The notes beneath the pieces were generated by a model. It saw nothing but the letters and a program-made list of their open reading frames with translations. It had not been told where the DNA came from and ran no database searches. Positions 15,774-16,754 of a DNA stretch of 16,754 nt are shown here, piece after piece (the first letter of the stretch is position 1; every line of letters begins with the position of its first letter). This DNA comes from a virus. Lineage: Duplodnaviria; Heunggongvirae; Uroviricota; Caudoviricetes. The stretch spans positions 1-16,754 of the IMG/VR virus record IMGVR_UViG_2939172355_000006; one strand, given 5' to 3'. A program made the position numbers and the translations under genes.

Positions 15774-16754
15774 ATGTCAATTAAGAAGCTCGATGATGGA
15801 CGCTATGAAGTGGACATTAGACCTCGCGGTCGCGACGGAAAACGCATCCGCAGGAAATTTGAAAGAAAAGCTGAGGCTGTAGCATTTGAGCGATACACAA
15901 TCGCCTACGCCAGCCAGAAAGAATGGGCAGGTCAGCGAGCAGATCGCAGAACTTTGAGTGAGTTGCTGAACATCTGGTGGAAATATCACGGGCAAAACCA
16001 CGAGCATGGAACAAAAGAGTTTAATCATCTGCTCAAAACCATCAGCGGCATAGGTGATATACCAGTGAGCCGGATGAGCAAAAGAGCTTTGATGGATTAT
16101 CGTTCCATGCGACTACGTGATGGTATCAGTGCCGCAACGATAAACCGTGACATGTACCGATTATCCGGCATGTTCACAAAATTAATTCAATTGGATGAAT
16201 TTTCCGGGCAACACCCAATTCACGGACTGCCGCCACTGGCGGAGGCCAACCCTGAAATGACGTTCCTGGAAAAAGCAGAAATCGAAAAACTGTTAAATGT
16301 TTTGGATGGTGATGACTTACTTGTCGCACTTTTATGTCTGAGCACTGGAGGAAGATGGACGGAAGTTGCCACGCTAAAACCAGCACAGATTACAAATTGC
16401 AGGGTTACCTTCCTGAAAACCAAAAACGGTAAAAAGCGAACCGTGCCGATTTCTGAGGAACTGGAGAAAAAAGTTAAAGAGGAGGCCAGCGCTAAATTAT
16501 TCAAAGTTGATTATGAGAAGTTTTGCGGGATTTTACGCAGAGTGAAGCCAGATATACCACCCAATCAGGCAACCCACATCCTGCGGCATACATTCGCAAG
16601 CCATTTCATGATGAATGGGGGCAATATAATCGCACTGCAACAGATTCTGGGACATGCGAGCATTCAGCAGACGATGGCCTATGCGCACCTTGCGCCTGAC
16701 TACCTGCAAAATGCCGTCGCGCTGAATCCTCTAAAAGGCGGAGTGACGTTATAA
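15774..16754 (+). CDS. int: Tyrosine integrase (P2 Int-like)
   Basis: ATG at 15774 preceded by AGAGGG (7 nt spacing). 326 aa with an N-terminal arm-binding region (MSIKKLDDGRYEVDIRPRGRDGKRIRRKFERKAEAVAFE) and catalytic-domain signatures near the C-terminus (HILRHTFASH; LGHASIQQTMAYAHL with the catalytic Tyr). Stop TAA is the last codon of the window. Confidence 0.9.
   Translation: MSIKKLDDGRYEVDIRPRGRDGKRIRRKFERKAEAVAFERYTIAYASQKEWAGQRADRRTLSELLNIWWKYHGQNHEHGTKEFNHLLKTISGIGDIPVSRMSKRALMDYRSMRLRDGISAATINRDMYRLSGMFTKLIQLDEFSGQHPIHGLPPLAEANPEMTFLEKAEIEKLLNVLDGDDLLVALLCLSTGGRWTEVATLKPAQITNCRVTFLKTKNGKKRTVPISEELEKKVKEEASAKLFKVDYEKFCGILRRVKPDIPPNQATHILRHTFASHFMMNGGNIIALQQILGHASIQQTMAYAHLAPDYLQNAVALNPLKGGVTL

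Noticed and set aside
15777-16504. Minus-strand ORFs 15777..16028, 15817..16014, 16174..16386, 16220..16504 within int
   Set aside because: Antisense to the integrase gene, which has a clear catalytic-domain signature.
1-16754. CRISPR arrays, tRNA or rRNA genes, IS elements with terminal inverted repeats
   Set aside because: I looked for regularly spaced direct repeats, cloverleaf-compatible ~75 nt segments near the prophage boundary, and transposase-like ORFs; none were found. The deletions appear to be simple junctions rather than IS-mediated, though this cannot be excluded without alignment to an intact reference.

Overview
This window is the junction between an E. coli-type chromosome and a heavily eroded P2-like prophage. 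The chromosomal part is fieF/yiiP (1..903, minus strand). The prophage runs from its ogr end (about 1.1 kb) to the integrase gene, whose stop codon is the last codon of the window, so attL is not visible. Gene order and strand follow the P2 map (int-C / cox-B-A' / cargo / cos / Q' / lysA-lysB-lysC-R-S / insert / V'-'H-G / cargo / FI' / ogr), but at least four internal deletions have removed most structural and replication genes: terminase/capsid/holin/endolysin, baseplate W-J-I, tail tube through D, and most of replication gene A. What remains intact is the lysogeny switch (int, C, cox), ogr, cos, the spanin/tail-completion block, and three visibly AT-rich cargo insertions at the positions where P2 itself carries its phage-exclusion genes. 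The most interesting is a three-gene module in the old/tin position: a ParB-like nuclease-domain protein, translationally coupled to a ~340 aa unknown protein with a candidate PD-(D/E)xK motif, convergent with a C5-cytosine DNA methyltransferase. The other two are a single 299 aa protein in the Z/fun position and a 261 aa membrane protein inserted between S and V. All protein identities are from reading the translations against remembered family sequences and motifs; no database search was run, and no tRNA, rRNA or CRISPR array was seen.
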